Positions 27,941-41,882 of a stretch of DNA of 64,000 bases are shown one piece after another. The notes under the pieces are model-generated. The model was not told the origin of the DNA. It worked only from the letters and a program-made list of their open reading frames with translations, and did not search any database. The number at the start of each line of letters is the position of its first letter. Within the stretch, counting starts at the first letter, position 1. Position numbers and translations under genes: made by a program. Origin of the DNA: Eledone cirrhosa (lineage: Eukaryota); the NCBI GenBank assembly GCA_964016885.1, contig OZ024749.1:53816001-53880000 (forward strand), in the 5' to 3' direction.

Positions 27941-29029
27941 TAAGTACATATTGGAAAACATTTATTATGGTGAAATAAATCAGAAATCGTTTTCTCTGAA
28001 TTTTCATCTCGTAGGTCTACAAACCTGCTCTCATTTGGGAGAAACCTGTCACTGAAATATATTTTGGGGGAAATATTTATTTGTGAAATATCAACTTGTA
28101 GTTAACAAATCAATATATATTGGACAATAAAAATTATATCAATGTGAATTCTGTAAAGAATCATTCAATGTGAAGTAGGTCTACACTTGTAATCCGCAGC
28201 TGAAATACAGATGATGGTGATGACGTTGCTGATGTAAGCATATATATGGTTATGGTGGAAATACAAAAACAAAATAAAACAAGGCTAAGGAACACTTATA
28301 AGAAAGACTCATATTTTTTGTTTAAATATTTCGTTGTTGTTATTTACTGAAATACTCTAAAATTATTGGTTATTGAACTGTTTAAAAATTTGCACCAAAA
28401 TAAAGAGGGGAAAATATGTTGGTTTTAGTTGGATAAATGTTTGTGATTCAAAAATAAAAAAAATCTGATCTTAAGAATCCTGTTGTGTATATTTTTTGAT
28501 GACAACAAATATGTCATTTTGACTACAGATGTTAGTGAACAGTCCATCAGGTGTGGACACCAGATGTATGACCAGATGTTTAAGGTATTTGATGACAACA
28601 GATGTTAGTAAACACACTATCATTCTATCAGGTGTAGATACAGTATGACCAAATCATTAAGGTGTTTGCTTCATAATCATAAGGTTCCTGGTTCAATCTC
28701 ACTGTCTAGGATGTTGGGTAAATGTCATTCATTAGAGCCTTGAATCAACCTATACCTTGTGTAGACAGAAACTATATGGAAGCCCGTCAAATGTACTGTA
28801 CCTGTGAATCAAATGTCTAACCTTATCACAATCAATCTACCTGACTACAGGCATCCATGGAATACCATGGAATAACACTATAACACAATATGGACTGTAC
28901 CAATAATTAAAAGGGCTGGTGTCATGCTGAGAGTTTTTTAAAGGTACACATCTGTGGAGTAATCAGCCTGTAGCAGAGTCATTTCACAGGTACAACACCA
29001 ACATTCCCCCTAATATGGTGTTATTGGGG

Positions 29030-29306
29030 TGCTCTCCATCACCTGAAGTAATGCTATGAGTGTCTTGTCCTGCCTCTAAACCCTTTAGAGGGCAATACCA
29101 GTGTTCCCTGTTGTGTGTAATTGAGGGACCCTCTATCACCTGCAGTAGTGTTGTGTCTTGGCCTCTCTCAAAACCTTTTAGAGGGCACCACCAACAATCT
29201 TTGTTGAGGGACCCTCTATTACCTGCAGTAGTGCTGTCTTGGCCTCTCTCAAACCCTTTAGAGGGCAACACCAACGTTCCCTGTTGTGGGACCCTTTATC
29301 ACCTGT
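29030..29306. repeat. About 88-bp tandem repeat, 3 copies, with an inverted copy at 30002-30080
   Basis: aaccctttagagggcaacaccaacgttccctgttgtgggaccctttatcacct and its reverse complement at 30003-30055. Confidence 0.85.
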
Positions 29307-30872
29307 AATTAAAAGAATGTGTATATATTTTCTTGGTTTTCTTCTTTTTTTACTTTGTTTCTGTTGTAAATCAGTAATTTTTCATAATTCATTATATAAA
29401 TGTATTTCTGTCCAACATTACATTCCATATGTTCTTAATAAAATAATTATATTTTATGAATTTTCGTTAATTTCCCATTTAATCTCTCTTATTGTTATGT
29501 TCTGAGTTCAAATCCTGCCGAAATTAGCTTTGCCTTTCGTCCTTACAGGGTTGATAAAATAAAGTATCAGTAATGTACTGGGGGTCAATTTAGTCAACTT
29601 CCACTCCCCAAATTATTGTCCTTGTGCCTCAATATGTAACAATATCATTGTGTAAGTAGTTTTAATACATTGACAATGTTTAAAATGATATCACAGTGTG
29701 GTTGACTGATGAAAACCTGGGCAGAAGGGGTGAGAGATAATCTTCAAATGCTGAACATCAGGAGATAGAGATGGGAGGGACAGTGCAGAAGAGCAAGACC
29801 TGCAGGTGAAGGGGTGATTGGAGGCAATATGTGCTGGAGTAAACCTGTCCAACCCATTGCAAACATGGTAAAACAGATTTATAATGATGATGATGGGCTT
29901 CCTTATAGTTTCTGTCTACCAAATTTATTGGCCCCAAGATATAGAAGAACACACTTTCCAAATAAGATTTAACTAAACTACAACTAGCTGTAAGTCCCCA
30001 TTAGGTGATAAAGGGTCCCACAACAGGGAACGTTGGTGTTGCCCTCTAAAGGGTTTTAGCGAGGCCAAGACAGCACTAACCACAGCAACTGGTTTAAGTC
30101 CTTACTGAACTACCACTGACCAGATGATAACATACAACAGATATTATAATTAGAAGGTTTTTAATTTAAAATTATAAAAATAAAATAAGGTTTTATTTTA
30201 CTTATGAATATATTTCGTCAGAAATCTTAGTTTTAAGATTTTACATGAATTTCTCATTGATTTCTTCATGTAGCAGAATTAACACAAAGAAATGTTTTAT
30301 ATACTTTCATTATAGAATAGCTTTATTATTTATTGTAGTCTGATAAAGACAAACTCAATAATTTCTTTAATTACATCTTTCAATTTCATGTTGATAATGA
30401 ATAATATCAATCATGAGAATGTCCTTAAATTCTGTAAAAAAAAAAAAAAAAAAGAATTAGTGTCAGTCGAGTGACCCATGTTGTTAACTTCCTCACGGTA
30501 GGCCCTGGTCTCAATCAGGTGAACGACAACATCAGTCTCATATACAAGAAAAAGAAGTATCAGTCAAGGGACCCAAGCTGTTAACTTCCTCACGGTGAGC
30601 CCTGGTCTCTGGTCTCAATCTGGTGAACGACAGCAACAGTCTCATACACAAGAAATCTCAGTCAAGATGAAACGAAGTAGTCCCTCTTAGATGAATGTCT
30701 GTATACAACCTAAAACAACAAGTCTCATACACAAGACAAAGAAGTGTTAGCCAAGATGAATGTCTAATATAAGTCAACACCATTACATGAATTAGATGTG
30801 TTTCTAAACCATATCAGAGCAAGACAACCTGTATAGGAAAATATCTAAAAGTATTATAGAGGGAAATTATTA

Positions 30873-32468
30873 TTATGGCTTACATTTCACAGTTAAAAGG
30901 TTCTCTCCAGTGTGGGTTTGTTTGTGTCTCTTAAAGTTACTGCTAGAAACAAAAGATTTGCCACACATTTTACAATGGTAGGGTTTTTCTCCAGTGTGTA
31001 TTCTTTTATGTCGTGTTAAATGGCTGTTCCTAATGAAAGATTTCCCACATGTTTCGCAACAATAAGGTGTTTCACCAGTGTGTATTCTTCTGTGAATTGT
31101 TAGTTCAAAATTCTCAATGAAGGATTTACCACAAACTTCACATGTGAAGGGTTTTTCTCCAGTGTGAATTCTTGTATGTTTCATTAATTCACTATTAGAG
31201 ACAAATGATTTCTCACATATTTCACAATTGAAGGGTCTTTCTCCAGTGTGGGTCCTTGTGTGTTTTATTAGCCCACTATTTGAAACAAAAGATTTGCCAC
31301 ATATTTCACAATGATATGGTTTATCTCCAGTGTGTATTCTAGTGTGTTTTATTAAATCACTATTAGAAGCAAAAGATTTGCCACATATTTCACAATGAAA
31401 AGGTTTCTCTCCAGTGTGACTGCGTATATGAACAAGAAGGGATGAATTACAATTGAAAGATTTTTCACACATTTCACAGAAATACGGTTTTTTTCCAGTG
31501 TGGTTACGTTTGTGGACAACAAGATGAGATTTAGAAGTAAATGATTTCCCACATATTTCACAATGGAAAGGTTTTTCTCCTGTATGACTCCGTTTATGGA
31601 TATCTAGAGTAGAATTCTGAATAAAAGATTTCCCACATATTTCACAGTGATAAGGTTTTTCTCCGGTGTGAATACGTTTGTGAATTACAAGAGTCGAATT
31701 ATCAGAGAAAGATTTCCTACATACTTCACAGTGGAAGGGTTTTTCTCCAGTGTGGATACGTATGTGCCTAACAAGTTGAGAATTATAAATAAAAGATTTT
31801 CCACAAACTTCACAGTGGAAAAGTTTCTCCTTAATGTGTGTTCTTTGATGTTTTCTTAATTCACTGGTAGAGACAAAAGATTTCCCACATGTTTCACAAT
31901 GGTAGGGTTTTTTTCCAGTGTGACTACGTATGTGGGTTGTAAGACTAGAATTTACAGAGAATGATTTACCACATATTTCACAGTGGAAAGGTTTCTCTCC
32001 AGTGTGTAATCTTTTATGAACTAAAAGCGATGAATTATCACTAAACGACTTCCAACATATTTCACAATGATAGGGTTTTTCTCCAGTATGAACACGTTTG
32101 TGGATAACAAGTCGTGGATTCTGACTGAAAGATTTCCCACATATTTCACATGTATACGGTTTTTCTCCAGTGTGTATTCTTTTATGTTTTGTTAATTCAC
32201 TGTTAGAGACAAAAGATTTCCCACATGTTTCGCAGTGGAAGCATTTTTCCCTCATATGAGTCTCTCTCTGTGCAGAGACTTCCTCTTCTGTTGAGAACAT
32301 TTTCTTGCAAATTTCATTACGATATTCAGTAATATTTCTGTGTAAAGATCCTTGTTCAGTACATGTCTCACTAGGTAAAGGTTTCTCCCCACTGTATGTC
32401 TGTGTAACTGTATCTATATTGGTAGAAACAGGTGTGTTAGAAATGTCCGAATGTTTAATGTCGTCCAT
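30873..32468 (-). CDS. Tandem C2H2 zinc-finger protein (531 aa, 16 fingers)
   Basis: Uninterrupted ORF with TGEKP linkers; first about 199 aa nearly identical to 26584-27750. Confidence 0.94.
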   Translation of the reverse strand: MDDIKHSDISNTPVSTNIDTVTQTYSGEKPLPSETCTEQGSLHRNITEYRNEICKKMFSTEEEVSAQRETHMREKCFHCETCGKSFVSNSELTKHKRIHTGEKPYTCEICGKSFSQNPRLVIHKRVHTGEKPYHCEICWKSFSDNSSLLVHKRLHTGEKPFHCEICGKSFSVNSSLTTHIRSHTGKKPYHCETCGKSFVSTSELRKHQRTHIKEKLFHCEVCGKSFIYNSQLVRHIRIHTGEKPFHCEVCRKSFSDNSTLVIHKRIHTGEKPYHCEICGKSFIQNSTLDIHKRSHTGEKPFHCEICGKSFTSKSHLVVHKRNHTGKKPYFCEMCEKSFNCNSSLLVHIRSHTGEKPFHCEICGKSFASNSDLIKHTRIHTGDKPYHCEICGKSFVSNSGLIKHTRTHTGERPFNCEICEKSFVSNSELMKHTRIHTGEKPFTCEVCGKSFIENFELTIHRRIHTGETPYCCETCGKSFIRNSHLTRHKRIHTGEKPYHCKMCGKSFVSSSNFKRHKQTHTGENLLTVKCKP

Positions 32469-34018
32469 AGTATTTCTTGAAGAATTCTTAAAAATTGAGA
32501 AATATCTGTGATAATGATATTTTATTGTTCAGTTTCTTGTCTTAGACATCGTGGGACTTTATTTACATGTGTGGAAAATATGTCATGTAGATATATCTTC
32601 TACGTGAAGAAATGTGGATATGTGCAATAAATGCTATGTAGTCTAAACAAATTTGTTGTCCATAAATGACTAGCAGCAGATGGTCTGGTGAAAGTGTTGT
32701 TCTACAACAGATTGTAATAGAACTTTGATACAACAGTAAAGTAAGAATAGATATGACAGTGTAAGACAGATGTCGGGGAAAGAAAAATGCTTTGTGTGTG
32801 ATCCTAATAAATCAGGATTGTTCACTACGGAGTGTAGAAAAGTACACAATATCTGTTCTGTTGACAATACAAACAATACGTACTTTATATTTTAAATCCA
32901 GGTGTAAAGTTAAGAGCCAGGAAAACTAATTGTTCAGATGTTGGTAATTTAAACCTATTTCTCTGTGCCTTGTAAAATGTGGAACAACCAATTCACGATG
33001 TAGCGTAGTTTCTGATGAAATGAAATGAAATATTTAATCATGTAGGTGATCGAACACCTACCCTCAATCATGTAGCTCACTCTATCTTATCAACAAAAAC
33101 ATTAACTTTCACCTTAAATCAAATAATTGCTACACAAGAAATAATTAGATTAATTCAAGTTATAATTAAGAAGGCAGGTACACGGTGTCGTTGACGATAT
33201 TTCCCTCCTCTGAATAACACCGGTGACATACGAAAAAAGTACGAGATAATTAAATACATTTTGAAACATTTTCAATCGCAATCCCAATCGGTTGTTTATC
33301 AAAAACTATCTAAACATTTTAATGTGTATCTACACAATTTAAAATATATATATCTACATAATTTAGAAAGATACGAGGCGACAAAAGCTGACAGGAGGGA
33401 GAGACACTATTTGACGTGATTCAAATCAATTTTCTGGTCAAAGGGAAATAACTCCGAATTTACAAATTTATAAGACAAGTACGATTTAATTCCCTTTGAA
33501 ATCCATCCAAGTTATTTCACCTAAAAATATTACCTTGTCTAGGTACTTCACATGGTCAATTTACATGCTAGATATAGCAGCCAGATAAATATTTATGTAA
33601 AGAAAAGGAAGAAGCTATGTAGCCGTCAAGAGTGTCGGACACCATGAGTTGCGGCCCGAGTTAAGACAATATGAAATCTTTTCCACCATTAATTGTTAAA
33701 AAACCAGTTTAAATATTTAGTTGTAACGTACTTTAGTTACACACACATCTACATGTAAATACTTAAAGAGATACAGTCAATAGAAGGAAGGGGCTGGTGA
33801 AACGCTATAGCGACAAGTGTTGCGTACCATTAGGGTTTACCGGCTACATAGCCTATTCGTAAAGAGAAGTGATGGAAATATCCCTCAAATAAAAGCCCAC
33901 TATATATATCGACAGTAATACTTACTTTGTCGATCACGTTTATTTTGAGCTGTTAAGTTACAAAATAAATAAACACACAGACGAAAATACACACACACTG
34001 ACTGTATATGTCTCTCTA

Positions 34019-34056
<38 letters not shown>

Positions 34057-34879
34057 ACCCGATTGTTTTTTCGTTGCTTTGGTATTATGTGGCTAGACTC
34101 GCCTGCCATAGTTTTCAATTTGTCAACCTATCTAACGTATGTTATTTCTCTAAGGTGACACAACCTTATCGAGGGCTTTGCTGCACATTCCTGATTGTAT
34201 ATCGTTAGCTTGGCCACAGCCAAAACTTCCATTTGTGTATATATATATATATATAAAGAGAGAGAGGGGGGGGGGAACACATGAGAGAGAGTGTTTTTTT
34301 CGGTTACAGGGAATACTTCTGTAAATATGATTCTAATACTGATTTCTGGTGAAACATTCTCTCTGAGTTTGTACGTGTGTGATGTATAGTTATAAAGGTA
34401 GGTTGTTTCATTTTAATTTATCTTTTTAATTATGTTTCTATTTCACCTTTCTTAGTTTATAAGTTCCATACGCTAGTGGTATTACCTGTAACTTGATAAA
34501 CACACACTCTCTCTCTCCCTCTAGTGTGTTTTCTTCTCTATATTATATTTGAAGAGCCCAGGATTCTTTTTCCTTTGAGCTCATGATTTACAGAGACAAG
34601 CGCGAGTTTCTGACACCATTACTTCATTTTAATATATATATATATATATACACACACACGCCGCAATTGGGATTATACACCTCGCTTTCTAACCCCTTGG
34701 TGTTTATATATATGTAGATCTGAACGAACACTTCTATTACCCACTCTACTACCCTAAGTATCGAGTACTCTGGTCCACCTGGTTTCTTACCACGCTTTCT
34801 TTGCTATATATATGTATTGGATACATTCAATGACTAAAACAACTCAGATATAAACCAATATTCAACACTATAGTGAAAA

Positions 34880-35195
34880 TAATAATTGTTTCTACTTTTA
34901 GCACAAGGCCAGCAATTATCTCAGTGTATTACTGGTACTTTATTTTATCGACCCCGTAAGCATGAAAGGCAACGCTCAGATCATAAAGGGCCGTAACTCT
35001 GTGTCAAACATGGCGTCCGACCCTCTACCGATACTGCCAATCCACCAATAATAATTATAATTGTTTCTACATTTGGCACAAGGCCAGCAAATACCCAGTG
35101 CATTACTGGTACTTTATTTTATCGACCTCGTAAGGATGAAAGGCAAAGTTAACCTCGACGGGATTTGCACTGACCGTAAAGGGACATAACTATGC
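34880..35195 (-). mobile_element. Two adjacent Nin-domain SINEs
   Basis: Two copies of the ctggtactttattttatcgacc..gtaag.atgaaaggc core. Confidence 0.8.
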
Positions 35196-35659
35196 TGGAA
35201 GATTTCTTTATTGGCCACTATCAGTCTAATGTAAAGTATAGTCAATTGTGGATTTATTTAGAGTTAATACATCAAGTGACATTTCCAATTTTGTTTGGTT
35301 GTTCCTCAACAATTTGGTATGAAGCATTCAATAGATTGGTTACACTACTTCTGATAGTTTCTAGTAAATATTAGAGTTGGGTTGTCATGAAATAGCAAAA
35401 ACAACCCTTTGTATATATACTAAACAGTAGTAGTGGTGGTGGTGGTAGTAGAAGTAGTGATGGTGGTAGTAGTAATGGTGGTGGTGGTGGTAGTAGTATT
35501 AATAGTGGTGGTGGTAGTAGTGGTGGTAGTAGTATTAATAGTAGTGGTGGTAGTAATGAAGAAATAACTAAAAAGCAGTAAGCATTTATCGTTTTATTTA
35601 CATCGAAGAAAAACATTATTATGGAGGGCAGATGGAGATTGGAGGTAAATAATAATAAT

Positions 35660-35878
35660 AATAATGGTTTCTTATATAGGTACAAAGCCAGCAATTTTGG
35701 GGGAGGGAAAGTCGATTAAATCGACCCCAGTGCGTGACTGGTACTTTATTTTATCGACTCCTGTAAGAATGAAAGGCAAAGTTAACCTCAATGGATTTGA
35801 ACCCAGAACGTAAAGGGCCATAACTCTATGCTGCAAAGCATGGCGTCTGACGCTCTACCGATACTGCCAAACCATCTA
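35660..35878 (-). mobile_element. Nin-domain SINE
   Basis: Same family as 25090-25282. Confidence 0.8.
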
Positions 35879-36083
35879 ATAGTAAAAATAATAAGTTGAA
35901 TATTCAATCAAAGACAATAATTTGAAAAATATTAACAATAATAAATTATTATTATTAAACTACTTGCAGTTGAAAATAATAAACAAAAATACAAAAACGT
36001 AAAACCCCTCAAGATTACTGTATGAAAACAGTTTAAGATAGTATAGTGAGTGAAGGAACATAGTTTTACTGAAGAAATGACCC

Positions 36084-36501
36084 TTAACCCTTTAGCATTT
36101 ACATTACTTTATATTTACTATTGTATTTTCAGGGTAAAAGCTTTACCTTATATAATTATCTCACATAATATCGAATCTATGACATTTTGATATTATTTAT
36201 TTTGAGAACAATACAGAAACATCAGTATGAGTGACTGGTTACAACCAGTTTGAAGAGAAAGAAGTGAGAGAATTCTGGCCGGTTTAACCTTTTAGCATTT
36301 AAACCGGCCAGAATTATCTCACCTCTTTCTGTTCAAACTGGCTGTAACCTGCCGCTCATACTTATGTTAAGGTATTGTTCTCAAAATAAATAATATCAAA
36401 ATCTCATAGATTCCATATTATAGGAGATAATTATGTGAGGTAAAGCCTTTACCATGAAAATATAATAGTAAATATAGAATAATTTAATGCTAAAGGGTTA
36501 A
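36084..36501. mobile_element. Two piggyBac-type MITEs in inverted orientation forming a roughly 420-bp fold-back
   Basis: TTAA-CCCTTTAGCATT...AATGCTAAAGGG-TTAA; single copies at 44983-45195 and 63733-63961. Confidence 0.8.
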
Positions 36502-36552
36502 GAAAAAAAAACAAAAATATATAATTTTTGAACTGAAATTATTTATCAGATA

Positions 36553-36649
36553 TACAGGCTGCAGCAAAAGTAACGACCCTTTTTTTAATTTAGTTGAATA
36601 GAAATATTTTTTTAAACTATTGTAATTTATTTTATTTTATTTCATTCAA

Positions 36650-36681
<32 letters not shown>

Positions 36682-36715
36682 GTGGGGAGTGTTACTTTTT
36701 GCAGCACCCTTTGTA
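36553..36715. mobile_element. Tc1/mariner-type MITE
   Basis: TA-CAGGCTGCAGCAAAAGTAAC ... GTTACTTTTTGCAGCACCCTTTG-TA imperfect TIRs. Confidence 0.6.
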
Positions 36716-36798
36716 TATTAACTGATAGAAAATGAATTAGATTAATGTTATATACATATATATATATATACACATACATAATATATATATATATACAC

Positions 36799-36849
<51 letters not shown>

Positions 36850-37179
36850 TACACAAACACACATATATATAATTTCCCCAAAATGAAACATATTTCATTA
36901 GATACAATGACACACACACATATATATATATACACACACACACACACATATATATATACACACACACACACACATATATATATACTAGCTCAATAACAGT
37001 ACAATACTTGTATCTATATTATTTTATATTATGTTGACATATTTTATATATGTATTATTTTAGAATTCAAACAAAATATAAAATTAAAATATTACAAAAT
37101 ATGTAAATATAAAATTAGTAAAACTAGTAATATTGTCTTGTTTTGGTTTGGTTTCTGAACTAAAAGATGAAATAATTCT

Positions 37180-37820
37180 AACATTGGCATAAGGCCAATA
37201 ATTTAGGGAAAGCCAATTATATGGACAATCAATCAACCTTCGTTATGTCGGACCGAGGAAACAATGTTTCCATTGGTCTTTCCAATTGCTAATACTATCT
37301 ATCGGTCACAACTCCAGGCAGAAGGAGCAAAGTGAAATAAAGTGTCTTGCTCAAGAACATAACACATTGCCAGTCCAGGAATCAAACTCACCTCACAATT
37401 ACAAATCCAATTCTCTAACCACTCGGCCACGCACCTTCACAATTATATTAACCCGAGTATTTAACTGGTACTTTATTTTAACGACCCCCAGAACAATGAA
37501 AGGCAGAATTGATCTCTGCAGGATTTGAACTCAGAACATAGATGTTTGTAACTAAACACAGTAAACCAATTAGTCCGACAATCTACTGAATGCTGTCCAA
37601 CCACCACCGTATAAAAAAGATGAAATAATGGTTTATAATTTAGGCACATGGCCAACAATTTTGGGGGAAGTGGAAAGTCGATTAGATAGACCCCAGTAAA
37701 GATGAAAGGAAATGTTAACCACGGTGGGATTTGAACTGAGAATGTAAAGGACCATAGCTATATGCTGGAAAGCATATTGTGCGATGCTCTACTTATTACT
37801 GCTAATCCACCACCCAAAAA
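37180..37820 (-). mobile_element. Cluster of decayed tRNA-SINEs
   Basis: aaataaagtgtcttgctcaagaac head and Nin cores. Confidence 0.65.
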
Positions 37821-38499
37821 TGAAATAATAATATAGTTTTTTTATCAATTTTCAACTGTGAAACCTCTCAGGGTGACTGCATCTGACAGAAACCAGGGAG
37901 AGGTTCCCCCAACAGGAGTGAAAAGGCCCTGACATGACCAAAACCAAACTGAAAGCAGTGAAGGTCAACCAGAGAGGGTTTCCTCCAATAGGAGTTAAGA
38001 AGGCCCTCGATTGGATTAGAGAACTTCAAACAATTGAAACTGTCATTTTTCTAGATATATCAAATTGCTTAGCTGACCACTTTGGACATCACAAGAAATA
38101 TATGCACTAAAACCTTAAGAGAACATCACAACAGAAAACAGACAAAAAAATGATGGGGAAGGAGTTGGTTTTTTTCAATGTAAAAACAGAATATTGGAAA
38201 ATGTCTCTGAAAAAGTAAGGTTTAACTTATTTTAAAGTATATTTTATTGACTGGGAAAAAGCAGATGGGGTGTGGGAGAAACCCCATTTAAGTAATAGGA
38301 CTAAATATAAAAGAGAAGAGAGTTTAGTATTTCCCTCACTAGATGTCACTTGAAAACACATGTATATCACAGTCCAAAATAGCTTGTATATATAGTTTTT
38401 TTCTTAAAACAAGCAAAAACAGAAGCAATCTATTCAAGCAACACCAACCATCAGTCATTTCAAACTGAACATCATAGTAAGGTTTCAAAACTCCATAAA

Positions 38500-38539
<40 letters not shown>

Positions 38540-38561
38540 CACAATATATATATATATATGC

Positions 38562-38640
<79 letters not shown>

Positions 38641-39225
38641 ATATATATATATATATGCACAATATATATATATATATATATGCACAATATATATATATAT
38701 ATATATGCACAATATATATATAGTGTGTGTATGTGTATACACGTGTTAATTTTATAGATCTGGACAACTAAATGAATGAATGATTAAATAATTGTTTATA
38801 GTCCTCAGGGGGGTGGGGGGATGAAGGTGCTCAATAGGTCATTTATAAACAACAACAACATTAAATAGAAATACTATGACACACCAGATACACCTTGTTT
38901 CAACCTATCCCAAGCACACAACAGAACTCATTTCACGACACACAACTTTCTACTGCAGTCGAATCTCATTATTTCAATATCATTTTAATATTTTAATATC
39001 ATTGTAATATAGAGAATGTTTTATTCAAGAGGGCAACCTATGAAGATATCAAACTTGTTCATAACTGGCAGTTAAATTAATCATATATTCATACACACAC
39101 ACACATTATAGACATATATACACACGCACATACATACAGACAGACAAGTAAATACACACCCAAATATATATATACATAGAGATGTATATACACCCCCACA
39201 CCATTTAAAACAAACGTTAAATGAC

Positions 39226-39258
<33 letters not shown>

Positions 39259-39764
39259 AACATGCACATTATCCATACATAAATATATATAGAGTGATAG
39301 ACATATATATATATATATATATATTTAGTTTTTGTATTTGTTATGTAAGATTATTGATGTGAAACCATGTGTTGAAACTGTTGTACTTTGGGTGGGTCAA
39401 ACTACCAATAAAAAACAGTTGACCGATTAACTTACTTCAGTTTTTATTATTAGTCATATATTTATTTCAACCATCAATCAATTAACTAAACAATTTGTTA
39501 ATTGTCAAAGTTCTTTTATCACACACTCACCTTACCAATGACTCTTACCCTGTCTCTATTTTTACTTTACTCCAGTTTCCCTGTCTGTATATACTGCATA
39601 TGTATGTGTTGCCAGTTTTCTCTGTCCATCTAAATATATATACATTATATATATATAGTATATGTATGTATATTGAGCATTATTATTTTCATTACTATTG
39701 ATAACAGAATTCCTGTGTGCGTGTGTGTGTATTATTTCTTGTGCAAATCTGTGTATATATATAT

Positions 39765-39810
39765 ATATATATATATGGTATGTGTGCATATGTTTGTGTG
39801 TGTGTGTGTG

Positions 39811-39841
<31 letters not shown>

Positions 39842-40125
39842 CCTGGCATTCGTTCACTAGTGTCTATATATATCTATGGTATGTGTGTGTGTATATATAT
39901 ATATCCTGGCATTCGTTCACTAGTGTCTATATATATCTATGGTATGTGTGTGTATATATATATATATCCTGGCATTCTTTCACTAGTGTCTATATATATC
40001 TATGGTATGTGTGTGTATATATATATATATCCTGGCATTATTTCATTAGTGTCTATATATATCTATGGTGTGTGTGTGTATATATATATATATCCTGGCA
40101 TTCTTTCACTAGTGTCTATATATAT
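39765..40125. repeat. About 63-bp minisatellite, 5 copies
   Basis: tcctggcattc.ttcactagtgtctatatatatctatggtatgtgtgtg repeated. Confidence 0.9.
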
Positions 40126-40148
40126 ATGTGTGTGTATACATACATATA

Positions 40149-40195
<47 letters not shown>

Positions 40196-40399
40196 ATACA
40201 TACACATATATAAGTGTGTGTATATATATATAATCATCATCATTTAACAGCCATTTTCCAAGGTAGCATGGGTTAGACAAGTTGTCCTGATGATGTGAGT
40301 CAAGCCAGATCAGGTGACCATGTCTTATACAATGAAGTATAGACATATACATATTAACATACATGTACATACACACACAAAAATATATAAAACAAATTC

Positions 40400-41390
40400 T
40401 AATTATAATTTCTAAGGCCAACACTTGGGGGGAAAAAGAGAATTAAATTGACCCCAATATTTGATTGGTTCTTTATTTTGATGACCCCCAGAAAGGATAA
40501 AAGGAAAAGATGACCATGGGGGTATTTAAACTCAGAATATAAAGAGTCAGAACTCCGCCGCAATGATTCTATCAACCCACCACTTTAATGGTAATAATAA
40601 TTGTTTCTACTTTTGGCACAAGGTCAGTAATTACCCAGTGTATTACTGGTACTTTATTTTATCGACCCCATAAAGATAAAAGGCAGAAAAGTTAACCTTG
40701 GCGGGATTTGAACTCAGACTATAAAGGGACGTAACTATGCTGTCAAGCATGACATCCAATCCTCTACTGCCGATTCACCACCCCAGCATGGTAATAATGA
40801 TAACAATAATAATTATTTCTACATTAGGCACAAGGCCAACAATTTTGGGAGAGGAAAGTCGATTAAATTGACCCCAGTGTATTACTGGTAACTTCATTTT
40901 ATCGACCCAGTAAGGATGAAAGGTAAAGCTAACTTCGAGAGGATTTGAATTCAGAACATGAAGGGCCATAACTAAATTTTGTAATGCATTTTGTTCGACG
41001 CTCTACCGATTCTGCTCTCAAGCCTCCGCCATAATGATTTCTTATTTAGATAATAAAACAGCAATTAGGTGCAGGAGGAGGAAGATCAATGAAATGAAGG
41101 GCAGGAGGAGGAGGTGACTTGGGTGGGATCTGTCATAAGAACAACAACAACGGTAATAGAAGGAATAATAATGGTTTCTGATTTAAGAACAAGGCCAGCA
41201 ATTTTGAGAGGAGGGGAAAAGTCAATTAAATCAACCCCAATACATTACTGGTACTTTATTTTATCAACCCCGTAAAGATGAAAAGCCAAAGTTAACTTCA
41301 AAGAGATTAGAACTCAGAATGTAAAGGGCTGTAACTCTACGCCACAAAGTAGGGTGTCCGACACACTACCGATACTGCCAACCCAGTGCC
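40400..41390 (-). mobile_element. Array of four Nin-domain SINEs in the same orientation
   Basis: Cores near 40470, 40650, 40890 and 41250. Confidence 0.8.
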
Positions 41391-41684
41391 CCTAGAAGGA
41401 ATAATACCAATAATATATAGAGAGAGGGAGAGAGGCAGATATACATCACACGTGTACACACACACACACACAGCACACTGTAGACAGACAAGTAAAAACA
41501 CAGAAGAGATGTAGAGGACAAGAGTCATTGTTAAGGTCACAGAATGTGTTGAAAGACCTTTAGCAATTAATTAATTAACTCATTGGTTAATCAACTGATG
41601 GCTGAATTAATTACAAGACCAATAACATAAACAAGGGTGTTACTCAGTGTGCACTTTTAATTAGCAGCATCACTCTCCAAACTA

Positions 41685-41850
41685 TATACATACATATAGC
41701 TATACACACCCACACATATATATATATACTCATGAACAAATATATACCTCTATATATACACACACACACACATATATATACATATATATACATATATGTA
41801 TATAGATATATATATATATACATACACGTGTATATATATACACACACATG

Positions 41851-41882
<32 letters not shown>

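Noticed and set aside
33012-33040. CTGATGA-aatgaaat-GAAA (and its inverted copy at about 26020)
   Set aside because: No stem II or stem I pairing; chance match in a (TGAAA)n run
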